The position numbers and the translations under genes are program-made. The notes under the pieces are model-generated. The model saw only the letters and a list, made by a program, of their open reading frames with translations, was not told the DNA's origin and searched no databases. Below are positions 34,858-43,916 of a stretch of 50,654 bases of DNA, in pieces (within the stretch, counting starts at the first letter, position 1; each line of letters begins with the position of its first letter). Source of the stretch: a virus. Lineage: Duplodnaviria > Caudoviricetes. The stretch covers positions 1 to 50,654 of IMG/VR virus record IMGVR_UViG_3300006169_000158; one strand, 5' to 3'.

Positions 34858-35162
34858 GCCTTCTGAAGCAGTGGACGAATGACGTACGCGGCAGTGATTC
34901 CTTGACTGACGAGCCTCTCGACGGACTCCGGGAGCGGTCCCCCGTTGCCTGCCGTCATGCGAGCGAATCCGAGCAGCGTCAACATTGCGTCTGCTCCATC
35001 GGGGGTGATGATGTAGCCACGCTCGTCATCGTCGGGGTCAGACGCGGGGTCAGCGAAGACGAGACCTGCCGCCTCCATCTTGTTGATCAGATCGCGGTTG
35101 CCGATGATCCTGTCGATGTCGGCATGGACCTGAGCGATGAACTCTTCGGGCATTTCGCCCAT
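34827..35162 (-). CDS. Hypothetical protein (MGEMPEEF...)
   Basis: AGGAAGG RBS. Confidence 0.65.
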   Translation of the reverse strand: MGEMPEEFIAQVHADIDRIIGNRDLINKMEAAGLVFADPASDPDDDERGYIITPDGADAMLTLLGFARMTAGNGGPLPESVERLVSQGITAAYVIRPLLQKAWPHYPEMNQ

Positions 35163-35190
35163 GGCGATCCTTCCTGTCTGGCGGATCAAC

Positions 35191-35220
35191 CGGGCGGGGC
35201 CGCACTTGCGACCCCGCCCG
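35191..35220 (-). terminator. Hairpin after the AAA gene
   Basis: CGGGCGGGG..CCCCGCCCG. Confidence 0.55.
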
Positions 35221-35240
35221 GCGTCCGGTGGCGAGCCGGG

Positions 35241-36758
35241 TCAGTGGTAGAGCGCTTCCTTGCGCTCCTCATCCGCGACCGTGAGCGAGTAGATCGCGTC
35301 ACCGTCCCGGTCCGTGAACTGCGATCCGTGCGTGGCGTTCTGCACCGCGTCGCGGAACGCGCCGTCGAGGGTCGGCTTCTTCGTGCCCTCGCCCGCACCC
35401 TCCATGAGATCGAGTTGCGGTCGCAGGCCGTTCGCCGCGTCGACGAAGTCCGGCGTCGAGAGGACGATGTTCGTGTCCCCGTGCGTGCGCGAGATCGCGT
35501 ACCTCATGGCACGGTCCGACGCCTCCTTGGCGAAGGCGGGCATGAACCCCGTCATCGCCTCCGAGACCTGCGCGTAGTCCGTGTTCGGGTCGAGCATGGC
35601 CTCCGGGACGTTCGCCTTGATGAGGCGCTCGTACCCGGCGTCGTCGAGAGCGCCGATGTGGATGACGCTGTCGAGACGACCCGGACGCAGCATCGCCTTG
35701 TGGATGCGCTCCACGTGGTTCGTCGTCAAGACGCAGATGATCTCCGAGCCCTTGTTCGTGATGCCGTCGAACAGGTCCAGCAGGCGCGAGACCGTGTCGC
35801 TGTCGCCGCGCTCCGCGACGACGTCGATGTCCTCGAAGAAGACGACGGCGGGGGCGTACAGGTTCGCCGTCTTCATCGTGGTTTCGAGGTCGTCGACGCC
35901 GGGACGGCAGAACACGAACGTCCAGCCGTTCTCGATCGCCTTCTGGGCCGTGAGCGTCGCCGCGAGCGACTTGCCGGTGCCGAACGGTCCCTCGACGAGG
36001 CAGGTGCGCTTCAGCGGGAGGCCCGTCTCGCGCATCGCGTCCGTGTGCTCGATGAGCGCCCAGATGTTCGCGTCGAGTTGGCGGGTCACGTCCTCGCTGT
36101 AGACGACCCGGCTCTTGTTCGTCCGGAACGGGTCGATGAAGCCGGGCTTCGTCGCACCGTCGATCGCCTTGCCCTTGTAGATCGAGTTCTCGCGGAGTTC
36201 CTGCTCGATCGCGATGAACAGGCCCTCGACGTGACCCCGGTACTTGCGGGGGCAGTCGACGAGCAGGTGGAAGAGCGGCCCGAGCGTCGGGTCCTGCTTC
36301 TCGGTGAGGAAGAGCGTCGCCTCCAGAGGCGGGAACGACACCTGCCCCCACGGGACCTGCGCCTGCTCGTTGACGCCGACGTCGACCGAGATGAACTCGG
36401 GCGGCGTCGAGGAGAAGAAGGTGTGCGTGTACCGCCCGACGCCGGTCGAGCCGAAGATCTTCTTCAGCGCGGCCTGAAGGGCATGCGCACCGTCGTTCGG
36501 ACGATAGTTGAACGTCCGGTTGAAGCGGTGCTCCTGCTCCTGCTGCTTCTGGTAGTCCGACAGGTACCGGATGGCACCGTCGATGTTGCCCGCCATCGTC
36601 TCCGGGAGGATCATCTGCCTGCCACGGTAGATGAGCGCGTCCTCCTGAACGAGGTCGCCGCCGAGCCGGGCCAGCGTCTCCATGAGGACCTTCTGGGCCG
36701 GGTCGTCCTTCTTGACGGTCTGGCCGGTCTTCTCGTAGTCGTGGATGTCCAGTGACAT
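35241..36758 (-). CDS. AAA+ ATPase (classic AAA clade)
   Basis: Walker A GPFGTGKS, Walker B VFFEDID, SRH TTNHVERIHKAMLRPGRLD. Confidence 0.92.
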   Translation of the reverse strand: MSLDIHDYEKTGQTVKKDDPAQKVLMETLARLGGDLVQEDALIYRGRQMILPETMAGNIDGAIRYLSDYQKQQEQEHRFNRTFNYRPNDGAHALQAALKKIFGSTGVGRYTHTFFSSTPPEFISVDVGVNEQAQVPWGQVSFPPLEATLFLTEKQDPTLGPLFHLLVDCPRKYRGHVEGLFIAIEQELRENSIYKGKAIDGATKPGFIDPFRTNKSRVVYSEDVTRQLDANIWALIEHTDAMRETGLPLKRTCLVEGPFGTGKSLAATLTAQKAIENGWTFVFCRPGVDDLETTMKTANLYAPAVVFFEDIDVVAERGDSDTVSRLLDLFDGITNKGSEIICVLTTNHVERIHKAMLRPGRLDSVIHIGALDDAGYERLIKANVPEAMLDPNTDYAQVSEAMTGFMPAFAKEASDRAMRYAISRTHGDTNIVLSTPDFVDAANGLRPQLDLMEGAGEGTKKPTLDGAFRDAVQNATHGSQFTDRDGDAIYSLTVADEERKEALYH

Positions 36759-37265
36759 CTACTCGCCACCTTTCGGTATCAGCGGAACGGTCCTTCCGTC
36801 CCACTTCTCTCGCACCTCACGGTGAAGTGCGAGAATCTCTTGGCTCATCCCCTCAATGAGCAAATCCCTGCGTCCGGCCAGTCGACCATCCTTGGCCAAC
36901 CGGTCGACGAGGATCACCGCCGAGCGCCGTGCTATCGACTCCAAGTCGCCACGGACGAAGTCATCACGGCAGGTGAAGCAAGCCGTCCAGACCGGGTCCA
37001 TCACGTGGATCGTCGTGCCGGTGTCCTTCTTGACAGTGCGCGTCAGTTCTTCGCTGGTGTGAAACTCCGCCACGACGTACGGGTTGGAGTCGAAGTCGCA
37101 GAGCAGCACCTCCGTGTCGGGGTGGTCGCTCCATTCGATCGACAGGTTGTGGTCGTCGCCGTACGCCCCCCATGCTGTGACTCGGGCTTCTTCTTCGGTT
37201 CTTGCTGCTGGGAACGACACCACCGGACCGTGCGGCGAACGCCCGATCCACTGCCCTTCTGCCAT
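36759..37265 (-). CDS. Hypothetical protein (MAEGQW...; CDF..W.AC..C)
   Basis: First gene after a class-2 promoter. Confidence 0.7.
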   Translation of the reverse strand: MAEGQWIGRSPHGPVVSFPAARTEEEARVTAWGAYGDDHNLSIEWSDHPDTEVLLCDFDSNPYVVAEFHTSEELTRTVKKDTGTTIHVMDPVWTACFTCRDDFVRGDLESIARRSAVILVDRLAKDGRLAGRRDLLIEGMSQEILALHREVREKWDGRTVPLIPKGGE

Positions 37266-37296
37266 AGCCCCGCTGCCCTTCCTTGGCTGGTTGGTT

Positions 37297-37338
37297 GGTA
37301 AGTAAAGAGTGACTCTCATCGTCTCAGGGTCAAGGGTT
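37297..37338 (-). promoter_or_regulatory. Class-2 promoter
   Basis: AACCC TTGACC-16-CACTCT TTACTTACC. Confidence 0.65.
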
Positions 37339-37800
37339 TCACCGAGGTTCCTCGGGTTTCGCCTCATCCGGTCGTGTCTCGGTCTCAGCGTCATGGAACG
37401 GCTTCATCCAGTCGAACAGCCCCGAGTTTTGAACGTGCATCGGACTGACCTTGTGGTTGTCATCGAGACCTCTGGCGATGTGGTGCCAAGTGCCAGTTCT
37501 CAGGCTTGGCGGCGTCTGCACCCATTCGGTCTGCTGATTGCACTTTTCGCAGGTACTCCACCCTTCGACTATGTCGACATGGTCGGGTACCACGTGCTCC
37601 ATGGGCTCCATCTGACGCACGGTCCCGAACACCGTGCTGTAGTCCCAGTGGTACTCCGTGAACAGGTACTCGAACCCAAACTTCTTTCTGATCCCGATGA
37701 ATCCCTGAACGACCGGATCCCACACTCCAACGGCGAGGTTGCGTGAGCGGATGCGGTACAGCCGTCTCGGTTCGAGGTCACCCACCGGGATGAGTTCCAT
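37339..37800 (-). CDS. Hypothetical protein
   Basis: TGATG coupling; YRIRSRNL.VGV..FIGIR.KF. Confidence 0.7.
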   Translation of the reverse strand: MELIPVGDLEPRRLYRIRSRNLAVGVWDPVVQGFIGIRKKFGFEYLFTEYHWDYSTVFGTVRQMEPMEHVVPDHVDIVEGWSTCEKCNQQTEWVQTPPSLRTGTWHHIARGLDDNHKVSPMHVQNSGLFDWMKPFHDAETETRPDEAKPEEPR

Positions 37801-38030
37801 CAGTCCGTCACGGCATACAACTGCCCATGCTCCTGATCGACGCGGTCGAACCCCTTGTCGCGACCGCAGGGCATGCCGTGGAAGAAGCCGCCGTTGTACG
37901 TGTATCCCCGGTCTCGGACGTACTTGGCGTACTTGTCAGCCTCCTCCTCGGTCTTGAACCACGAGATCCCGAAGCAGATCCGTGACTCACGCTTCACGGG
38001 CTCCGGGACCTTCACCTTTTCGCTCGCCAT
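37800..38030 (-). CDS. Small protein (YNGGFFHGMPCGRD)
   Basis: AAGGAGG RBS. Confidence 0.7.
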   Translation of the reverse strand: MASEKVKVPEPVKRESRICFGISWFKTEEEADKYAKYVRDRGYTYNGGFFHGMPCGRDKGFDRVDQEHGQLYAVTD

Positions 38031-38040
38031 CAGTCCTCCT

Positions 38041-38226
38041 TCACTTGATGCACTGCGGTCCACTTGTATGGCGAACCCACGAGCCGCCGACTTCGATGCA
38101 CTGTCGACCGAGTTGGTTCTCTCGCTCGTTCGCCTTGCTGCCTGCGAAGACCATGCCTCCGGCCACTCCTCCGATCGTCAGGCACAAGACGATCAGAACA
38201 GCCACGATGTGCTTCGTCTCCATCAC
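38041..38226 (-). CDS. Small membrane protein
   Basis: TM segment then C...GG.W......C. Confidence 0.65.
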   Translation of the reverse strand: MMETKHIVAVLIVLCLTIGGVAGGMVFAGSKANERENQLGRQCIEVGGSWVRHTSGPQCIK

Positions 38227-38780
38227 TCCCCCTCCCTCCGGTATCGCTTCCTGTCACGCCACTCATCACGGTCCTCGGGTGCGATGTAGTCGACTCCGAG
38301 CGCCTCGAAAATGCTCATCTCATCGGCGTACGGATCACCAGTCGATCGATCGAGGCGAACGGCATCCTTGCCGTGACCGTCGTATAGGCCGTACTGGCTC
38401 AACTTCCAGCCCTTGTTCTTGGCCAACGATCGCAGCCAGACATTGAGCGACCCAGGTCCAGAGACGAACTGAAGCGTCGCCCCTGCACAGCCCGGAGGGG
38501 CGAGGTACAACTCCACCCGGACACCTTCGATCAGTGCTACGCCACCCTTGGGCGTGAATGCGATCCGATGGTCGTCCAGCGATCCCCGATACTGCGTCAG
38601 ATCGATCACGCCATCAGTCACTACGACCAGATCGACATCACTGACGACCGGACGCTGCCTGCGGACGCTGCCTGCGATGAGGACGTCGTCGATGCCGTCG
38701 AGCGTCAGAAGCGAGTCGCGGACATAGGACGCGGCGACCTCCGCCCGGTGCAGGCCGGTCGGTGCACCCAACTTGCCCAT
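38223..38780 (-). CDS. Minimal DNA polymerase X family protein (palm and thumb only)
   Basis: AGSVRR...SDVDLVV, TLQFVSG...N..LR.LA..KG.KLSQYGL, E.SIFEALG.DYI.PE.R. Confidence 0.85.
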   Translation of the reverse strand: MGKLGAPTGLHRAEVAASYVRDSLLTLDGIDDVLIAGSVRRQRPVVSDVDLVVVTDGVIDLTQYRGSLDDHRIAFTPKGGVALIEGVRVELYLAPPGCAGATLQFVSGPGSLNVWLRSLAKNKGWKLSQYGLYDGHGKDAVRLDRSTGDPYADEMSIFEALGVDYIAPEDRDEWRDRKRYRREGE

Positions 38781-39088
38781 TAGTTGTCGAACTCCAACAG
38801 ATCCTCGATGTTCTTCGTGCTCAGAATCATCAGTGGTCTCGACGCGATCTCGCCGTTCTCGTCGGGCTGAACATTCGGCTCGTCAGTCACCCCGAGAACG
38901 AGGACCCTGCGACCGTCGAGCCTTGCGGGACTGACAACCACCGACCCTGTCGCCATTGCGGTACGGAGCACCACGGGGAACAAGGCGATGCGGCGCTTGT
39001 CGTCTTCGCTGAGTTCATTCAGCGCCTCCTCCTGCACGTCCGTGTCAGCGATGATCGTGGCCTGTCCGACCCTCTCGCGCTTAGCCAC
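38780..39088 (-). CDS. Hypothetical protein
   Basis: AGGAG RBS before a GTG start. Confidence 0.6.
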   Translation of the reverse strand: MAKRERVGQATIIADTDVQEEALNELSEDDKRRIALFPVVLRTAMATGSVVVSPARLDGRRVLVLGVTDEPNVQPDENGEIASRPLMILSTKNIEDLLEFDN

Positions 39089-39365
39089 GGGCCTTCTCCT
39101 CCCTCTCCGCATCCAGAAGGATGAGGTCGTCATCCCATGCATGCGGCAAGAGGATGGCGACCGGGTGGAGGTGCGACTGGTCCGGGTCGTCATCGTCGGG
39201 CAAGTTGACGCAGATCGCCCGGACGTTGTCACCACGGAACTCACCTCGGGCGATGACCAGTGCGTGATCCTGCATTGCGTATCCGAGGATCTCAGCGATG
39301 CTTTCCACTCGGCCTCGGTCTTCCGTGGACAAGTCGTTGAACCAGTCCGGCGTGGGCTGTGCCAT
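39081..39365 (-). CDS. Hypothetical protein
   Basis: First gene after a class-2 promoter. Confidence 0.7.
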   Translation of the reverse strand: MAQPTPDWFNDLSTEDRGRVESIAEILGYAMQDHALVIARGEFRGDNVRAICVNLPDDDDPDQSHLHPVAILLPHAWDDDLILLDAEREEKARG

Positions 39366-39390
39366 TGCTGCTGCCTTCCAGTAGAGGTTT

Positions 39391-39432
39391 GGTAGTTAAA
39401 GGGTGACTCTCATCTCCTTCATGTCAAGGGTT
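39391..39432 (-). promoter_or_regulatory. Class-2 promoter
   Basis: AACCC TTGACA-16-CACCCT TTAACTACC. Confidence 0.7.
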
Positions 39433-39625
39433 ATCTGCGCCACCATGTCTTCGCGTGCTCCTCGACCTCGTCCCTCAGCGTGCGAACGTGCTCCATCACT
39501 TCATCGTCGGACCATGCCGCCTGCTGCTGGGCATCTGCTGCGTACTGCAAGTAGTCGACATTGCATCGCTCCGTCTCGACGAGAGCATCAGGCCCCTCGA
39601 TCGTCGGGTATCGCTCGTCAGGCAT
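39431..39625 (-). CDS. Small hypothetical protein (MPDERYP...)
   Basis: Overlaps the upstream stop; GAGGG RBS. Confidence 0.55.
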   Translation of the reverse strand: MPDERYPTIEGPDALVETERCNVDYLQYAADAQQQAAWSDDEVMEHVRTLRDEVEEHAKTWWRR

Positions 39626-40361
39626 CGGTCCCCTCGGCCATCGCCATGATCTTCTGCCTTTCGGCCAGCATCTTCCTGACGTTCTCCATGTCGAACTCCC
39701 GAGGCACGACTGCGTACGACCCGATCTCCTCGACATCTCCGGGCAACGCCTCGGTGAACTCGAAGAACTGTTCATCGCACCATGGCGGCACCCAAGCACC
39801 AGAACGGCACAGGTGAATCGTGTCGAACACAACGTCGAGCGAACCGAAGTCATCGCGATCGATGTCGACCTTCACGTCCTTGACGGACGGCTGGGACCAG
39901 TCGGACATCCAGCGCGGGTGCCTGACATGCAACTCAGACCCGTCCTGAGCATGCATAAGCATCCAGTCTTCGCACGAATACCGTCCTGTCGCCTGCCACT
40001 CGGCCAAGGTGGTTGGGTGATAGCCCGAGTCATGATGCGCGTCAAAGAGCCATACGGACTCGAACGGTTGTCCGTCAGGACTAGTGAGACCTCCCGCAAG
40101 CATGTTCGACTCCGAGTAGTACGACACGACGTCGTCAGTGAACTGGAAGCGGCTCAGGAAGGACTTCCATTCGTCGTTCACCATCGGGAGCGGCAGGTCA
40201 TTGCCGACGAAGGCCACCGCACGATGCGGCCAGACGCGCTCGATCATGAAGGCGTTCTCGTAGTGACCCCAGTCGAAGAACATGTCGTGCCCAGTCGTTG
40301 GACTTCCTTCCATCGGACTCGGGAAGAAGTAGTCCCAATCGATCGCCAGTAGGTTCGACAT
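39618..40361 (-). CDS. UPF0489/arginase-like metal-binding protein
   Basis: LLAIDWDYFF, WLFDAHHD, LCRSGAWVPP. Confidence 0.6.
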   Translation of the reverse strand: MSNLLAIDWDYFFPSPMEGSPTTGHDMFFDWGHYENAFMIERVWPHRAVAFVGNDLPLPMVNDEWKSFLSRFQFTDDVVSYYSESNMLAGGLTSPDGQPFESVWLFDAHHDSGYHPTTLAEWQATGRYSCEDWMLMHAQDGSELHVRHPRWMSDWSQPSVKDVKVDIDRDDFGSLDVVFDTIHLCRSGAWVPPWCDEQFFEFTEALPGDVEEIGSYAVVPREFDMENVRKMLAERQKIMAMAEGTDA

Positions 40362-40636
40362 CACCGCCTCCTTGCCTGAAGGCGCTCGACGATCGTCTTG
40401 ATGTGCGGAAGGTCTCGGAACATCTCTTCGCGACGATCATCCGGCATCGTGACGAGCGCGCCTTTGTCGCCAAGCATGTTCGTGGCCCCACAGTCCCAGC
40501 AGATGATGGCGTCGCCGGGTTCGGGTGAGTGGCCGTCATCCCCAGCCTCGGTAGCCCGGTCGTGCTTCGCTCCGCATGTGGGACATGCAAACTTGACCAT
40601 CCACGTCGGCCCATCGGCCACATCCTTCGGACGCAT
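40361..40636 (-). CDS. Zn-ribbon protein
   Basis: CPTCG..PEPGD.IICWDCG. Confidence 0.65.
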   Translation of the reverse strand: MRPKDVADGPTWMVKFACPTCGAKHDRATEAGDDGHSPEPGDAIICWDCGATNMLGDKGALVTMPDDRREEMFRDLPHIKTIVERLQARRR

Positions 40637-40779
40637 CACTCCACCTTCCTGTCGATCTTCTGCCGACCGTGAGTGACGCAGTCGGCCTTCTTGTCCGTCC
40701 CCTTCGCCAGTGCGCGGCGAAGCCTGTGGTCCGACATGCCGATCACACATCCGCATGCAAGACGTACCTGTTCGATCAC
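40636..40779 (-). CDS. 47-aa protein (LACGC...C.TH)
   Basis: Hand translation; overlaps both neighbours. Confidence 0.55.
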   Translation of the reverse strand: MIEQVRLACGCVIGMSDHRLRRALAKGTDKKADCVTHGRQKIDRKVE

Positions 40780-41111
40780 GGCCTGTCACCGAACGCTGTT
40801 CGGAGAGCCCTGCGCTCCCGCGCCTTGGCGAGAACGTCTTCTGCCGTGAGACCTCGAATCAGTGCATCCTCCACACGCCATCTGTCCATGAACGGGAGCC
40901 ACTGAACGATCAGCGGGTCCTCATGAACGACGAGGTAGAGGGCGTATCCATCACCTCGCTGGAAAGCAAGAACCCTGCCGACGATCTCATCGTCCGGCAG
41001 GGCATCGGCTTCTTCTCGTAACGCTTGCACTGCTTCGTAATGGCGATCGATCCCATCGGTCGTCATCACCAGCGGTGGGAGCGGGTACGGCATGTCAATC
41101 AGTAGCGCCAT
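40776..41111 (-). CDS. Hypothetical protein
   Basis: AGGAGG RBS; FQRGDGYA.Y.V. Confidence 0.7.
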   Translation of the reverse strand: MALLIDMPYPLPPLVMTTDGIDRHYEAVQALREEADALPDDEIVGRVLAFQRGDGYALYLVVHEDPLIVQWLPFMDRWRVEDALIRGLTAEDVLAKARERRALRTAFGDRP

Positions 41112-41119
41112 CTGTCCTC

Positions 41120-41581
41120 CTATTCACAGCAGTCGAGTGCTTCTCGCTTGGTTGCGTACTCTTCTCCGCAGGCGCAGACGAAGGCTTCAACTTCATCGAT
41201 CTCGATGCAGCACTGAACGGCTTCGGAGCGGGTCTCGTGCGTCGTACCGCAGTTGTCGCAGGAGAAGCCATCCGTCTCGTCGAGTTCGACGCAACAGAAC
41301 ATCGCCTCCTGCCGTGCCTCCTCCCCGTAGTCACTCTCAGACCACTCCTCCCCACACTTAGCGCAGAAGTACGAAATGGTGGGTTCATGGTCGTCCGGGT
41401 CATGGCACGATCGTGCTTCGCTGATGTCGCTGTACTTCCTGTCACAGCCAGCACATTCGTACAGTGTGATCGACTCCGTGTACTCCCACCCGCAACACGT
41501 CGCCGCCTCATCCTGCTCTTCGTACAGGCAACTACAGTTCGGACACTTGTACCGCGTGGGGCGGGTCTTCACGTCGAGCAT
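41120..41581 (-). CDS. Acidic protein with five tandem Cys-finger repeats
   Basis: Repeat (Y/F)xCx1-2C..A..C(C/H); AGGAGG RBS. Confidence 0.75.
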   Translation of the reverse strand: MLDVKTRPTRYKCPNCSCLYEEQDEAATCCGWEYTESITLYECAGCDRKYSDISEARSCHDPDDHEPTISYFCAKCGEEWSESDYGEEARQEAMFCCVELDETDGFSCDNCGTTHETRSEAVQCCIEIDEVEAFVCACGEEYATKREALDCCE

Positions 41582-41589
41582 TCGACCTC

Positions 41590-42021
41590 CTAGTCGAACG
41601 AGTCCTCGTGACGTATCAGCCAGACGTCGAGGCCAGCCGCAGTCGCGAGATCAACGGTGTTCTTCGTTCCCCTGCTCTTCGTTAGAGCATCGTGGAACGC
41701 GATGACGAGGTCTGGCTTGCCCTCTTCGATCATCTGCTTGTTCCGGATTGGACCAGCAGCCCTTCTGTACCGCTTCCAGTCGGCTGGGAACGGTAGCGAC
41801 TGAACGCCGATCGCGCGGCGCGAGTAAGCCCACTCCGCTGCATGCTTGTCGGCTCCCCCATACGGACATTCGCCCTGCATCAGGACGAACTCCTCGGTCA
41901 GTCCGGTGATCACACCGAAGACCCTGTCTCGGATCACGAACTTGTCGAGCACCGTGTCCAGCACGTTCCAGACGTAGGCAGCGTCACGCCAGTTGCGATC
42001 ACCCGTGACGCACACCCTCAT
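41590..42021 (-). CDS. YspA/DUF2493 SLOG-superfamily protein
   Basis: MRVCVTGDR, GAD..A..WA, FPADW..AAGPIRN.QM, PDLVIAF, SRGT. Confidence 0.85.
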   Translation of the reverse strand: MRVCVTGDRNWRDAAYVWNVLDTVLDKFVIRDRVFGVITGLTEEFVLMQGECPYGGADKHAAEWAYSRRAIGVQSLPFPADWKRYRRAAGPIRNKQMIEEGKPDLVIAFHDALTKSRGTKNTVDLATAAGLDVWLIRHEDSFD

Positions 42022-42752
42022 CGCGTCAACTCGATGAGGGACCAGTTCTCGTTCCCGAGCCGTTCGATCGACTCCTTGACCATCTGCTGCTCCTCTTCGC
42101 TGCGGAACGCGAAGGCCACAGACTTTCCAGCCTCCAAGGCAAACCGGGCCATTACGATGGCGCAGTGCACCTCCTTCTCCCGGTCGGGCATGTCGCTGAA
42201 CAGTGAGCCGTACATCCGCTCCATCTCCGCCCTCGGCTGCGGGAGACTCATGGCCCAAGCGAGCGTGTCCGGGATGAAGCCACCCATCTGCGAATCCGCA
42301 CTCTTCGGGATGAAGTCAACGTGCCTTTCGTCTTCGATCCAGACGAGTGCACCGCTCTCCTTCTTGAACGGCATAGTGATGTGGACGACGTTCCCCGAAC
42401 GGTCCATCCCATGGGCGATGACACACTCGTAGACGCCCTCCTCTCCGTCCTCGAAGCGCTTCTCGAGGTTCTGAGGTCCGTTCGGCATCTCCTTCTTGCT
42501 GTTGACCATGTATGCCTCACCGACATGCATGACGTACGACTCAGCCGCCCCGGCAGCGCAGGCGTACATCTGAGGCATCTCCTCGCGCTCCACCCCGACC
42601 ATCGAGAAGTGAACGAACGGAGTCCCCTCCGAGTCGACCGCGATGATGTTCGGTGCGAGGTCGCAGTTCTCCGGGTCCTCCAAGAACTCCCGCTCCTTCA
42701 TGTCCTTCAGGTACCCCGCGAACTCATCCGCCATCTCTTGCGTCAGGTCCAT
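42018..42752 (-). CDS. Hypothetical protein (MDLTQEM...)
   Basis: AAAGGA RBS after a class-2 promoter. Confidence 0.7.
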   Translation of the reverse strand: MDLTQEMADEFAGYLKDMKEREFLEDPENCDLAPNIIAVDSEGTPFVHFSMVGVEREEMPQMYACAAGAAESYVMHVGEAYMVNSKKEMPNGPQNLEKRFEDGEEGVYECVIAHGMDRSGNVVHITMPFKKESGALVWIEDERHVDFIPKSADSQMGGFIPDTLAWAMSLPQPRAEMERMYGSLFSDMPDREKEVHCAIVMARFALEAGKSVAFAFRSEEEQQMVKESIERLGNENWSLIELTR

Positions 42753-42792
42753 CTGACTGTCCTTTCGTCGTCTTCCGGTGTGGAGTGGTGAG

Positions 42793-42831
42793 GGTTTAAG
42801 GATGACTCTCATCGTCTTCATGTCAAGGGTT
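42793..42831 (-). promoter_or_regulatory. Class-2 promoter
   Basis: AACCC TTGACA-16-CATCCT TAAACC. Confidence 0.7.
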
Positions 42832-43188
42832 ACGGACTTGGGGCTTTCGGTACATCTCCGGGTAGTCGCCTTGGAACTGGACGAACCCCAGACGCTCGTA
42901 CCACGCCTTCAGTTGGCTGTGTGTCAGCGACTTGTGCGATCCGTCAGGCTGGCATGTCAGGACGAGGTTCACACTCTCCGCATCAGCATCATCCAGCAGC
43001 GTTCGAACGGCTTGACGAGCCAGTCCTTGTCCCCGAAGTTCTTCGGCTACCTCGATGCGTGTCACGAGGTACACGGATCCCCGGACGTCGGGGATCTGGT
43101 ACATCTCTTCGGCACTCCACTTGAAGTCCGTGATGTCGATCAGATCGACCGACACTCGCAGCATCGGTATGCCGTAGCGCGTCTTCAC
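42823..43188 (-). CDS. GNAT family acetyltransferase
   Basis: IEV..ELRGQGLA, L..WYERLGF. Confidence 0.8.
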   Translation of the reverse strand: MKTRYGIPMLRVSVDLIDITDFKWSAEEMYQIPDVRGSVYLVTRIEVAEELRGQGLARQAVRTLLDDADAESVNLVLTCQPDGSHKSLTHSQLKAWYERLGFVQFQGDYPEMYRKPQVRNP

Positions 43189-43469
43189 CTCTCGGCCTTC
43201 TTCTCGTCGCGCAAGGTCTTGAACTTCTTGGCCTGCCCTGCTCGTTCGACAACCCGTTCCTGCAACACCATGCACGCCTTCCAGTAGCAGCACACCCAGA
43301 GAACGAGCAACCACCAAGGCGACCGGCCTTCCTTTATCCACATCGCGACGATTTCTCCCACCACGAAGACGAGGTAGAACATCGCCCAGAAGATCATCCG
43401 GAGCACTGCGTCTCGGAACTGTCGTTCGAGGTGGCGGATCTCGTGCTCCGGCTCGATGTCCGTGCTCAC
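43185..43469 (-). CDS. Two-TM membrane protein
   Basis: Two hydrophobic segments; coupled. Confidence 0.65.
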   Translation of the reverse strand: MSTDIEPEHEIRHLERQFRDAVLRMIFWAMFYLVFVVGEIVAMWIKEGRSPWWLLVLWVCCYWKACMVLQERVVERAGQAKKFKTLRDEKKAER

Positions 43470-43891
43470 GACTCCGCCTTCAGTGCTTCAAGTTCCCTGC
43501 GAGCCATCTTCAACTTCTGGATCGCCACGTCTCGGCGGCGCATGTCACGCTGATTCAGCGAAACGACCGTGGCCGTGGCAGCGATTCCTGTCGCGATCGC
43601 CAGCATCTTCATCCATGCGTACGGCAGGGCGAGGACACCAGTGAGCGAGATACCAACGACCATCGCTGCAAGAACCCATCCCATCCGGATTGTCGTCCTG
43701 ATCCCCATGACGACCTGATGCAGGTGCTCGACATTCACCTCGCGCACGAGGATCTCTGACTTCCGGATCGCTTCGTCGATCTCAGCGAGGGTCTCGTCGT
43801 CACCGTCGGTAACCTCGCGACGCAAGTCGTCCAGTTCTTCGCGGATCGAGTAGATGCGTTCTCCGATCTCCCTGTAGTCGTCGTCGTCCAT
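43466..43891 (-). CDS. Two-TM membrane protein with coiled coil
   Basis: First gene after a class-2 promoter. Confidence 0.7.
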   Translation of the reverse strand: MDDDDYREIGERIYSIREELDDLRREVTDGDDETLAEIDEAIRKSEILVREVNVEHLHQVVMGIRTTIRMGWVLAAMVVGISLTGVLALPYAWMKMLAIATGIAATATVVSLNQRDMRRRDVAIQKLKMARRELEALKAES

Positions 43892-43916
43892 CAGCAGTGC
43901 CCTTCAGTAGAGGTTT

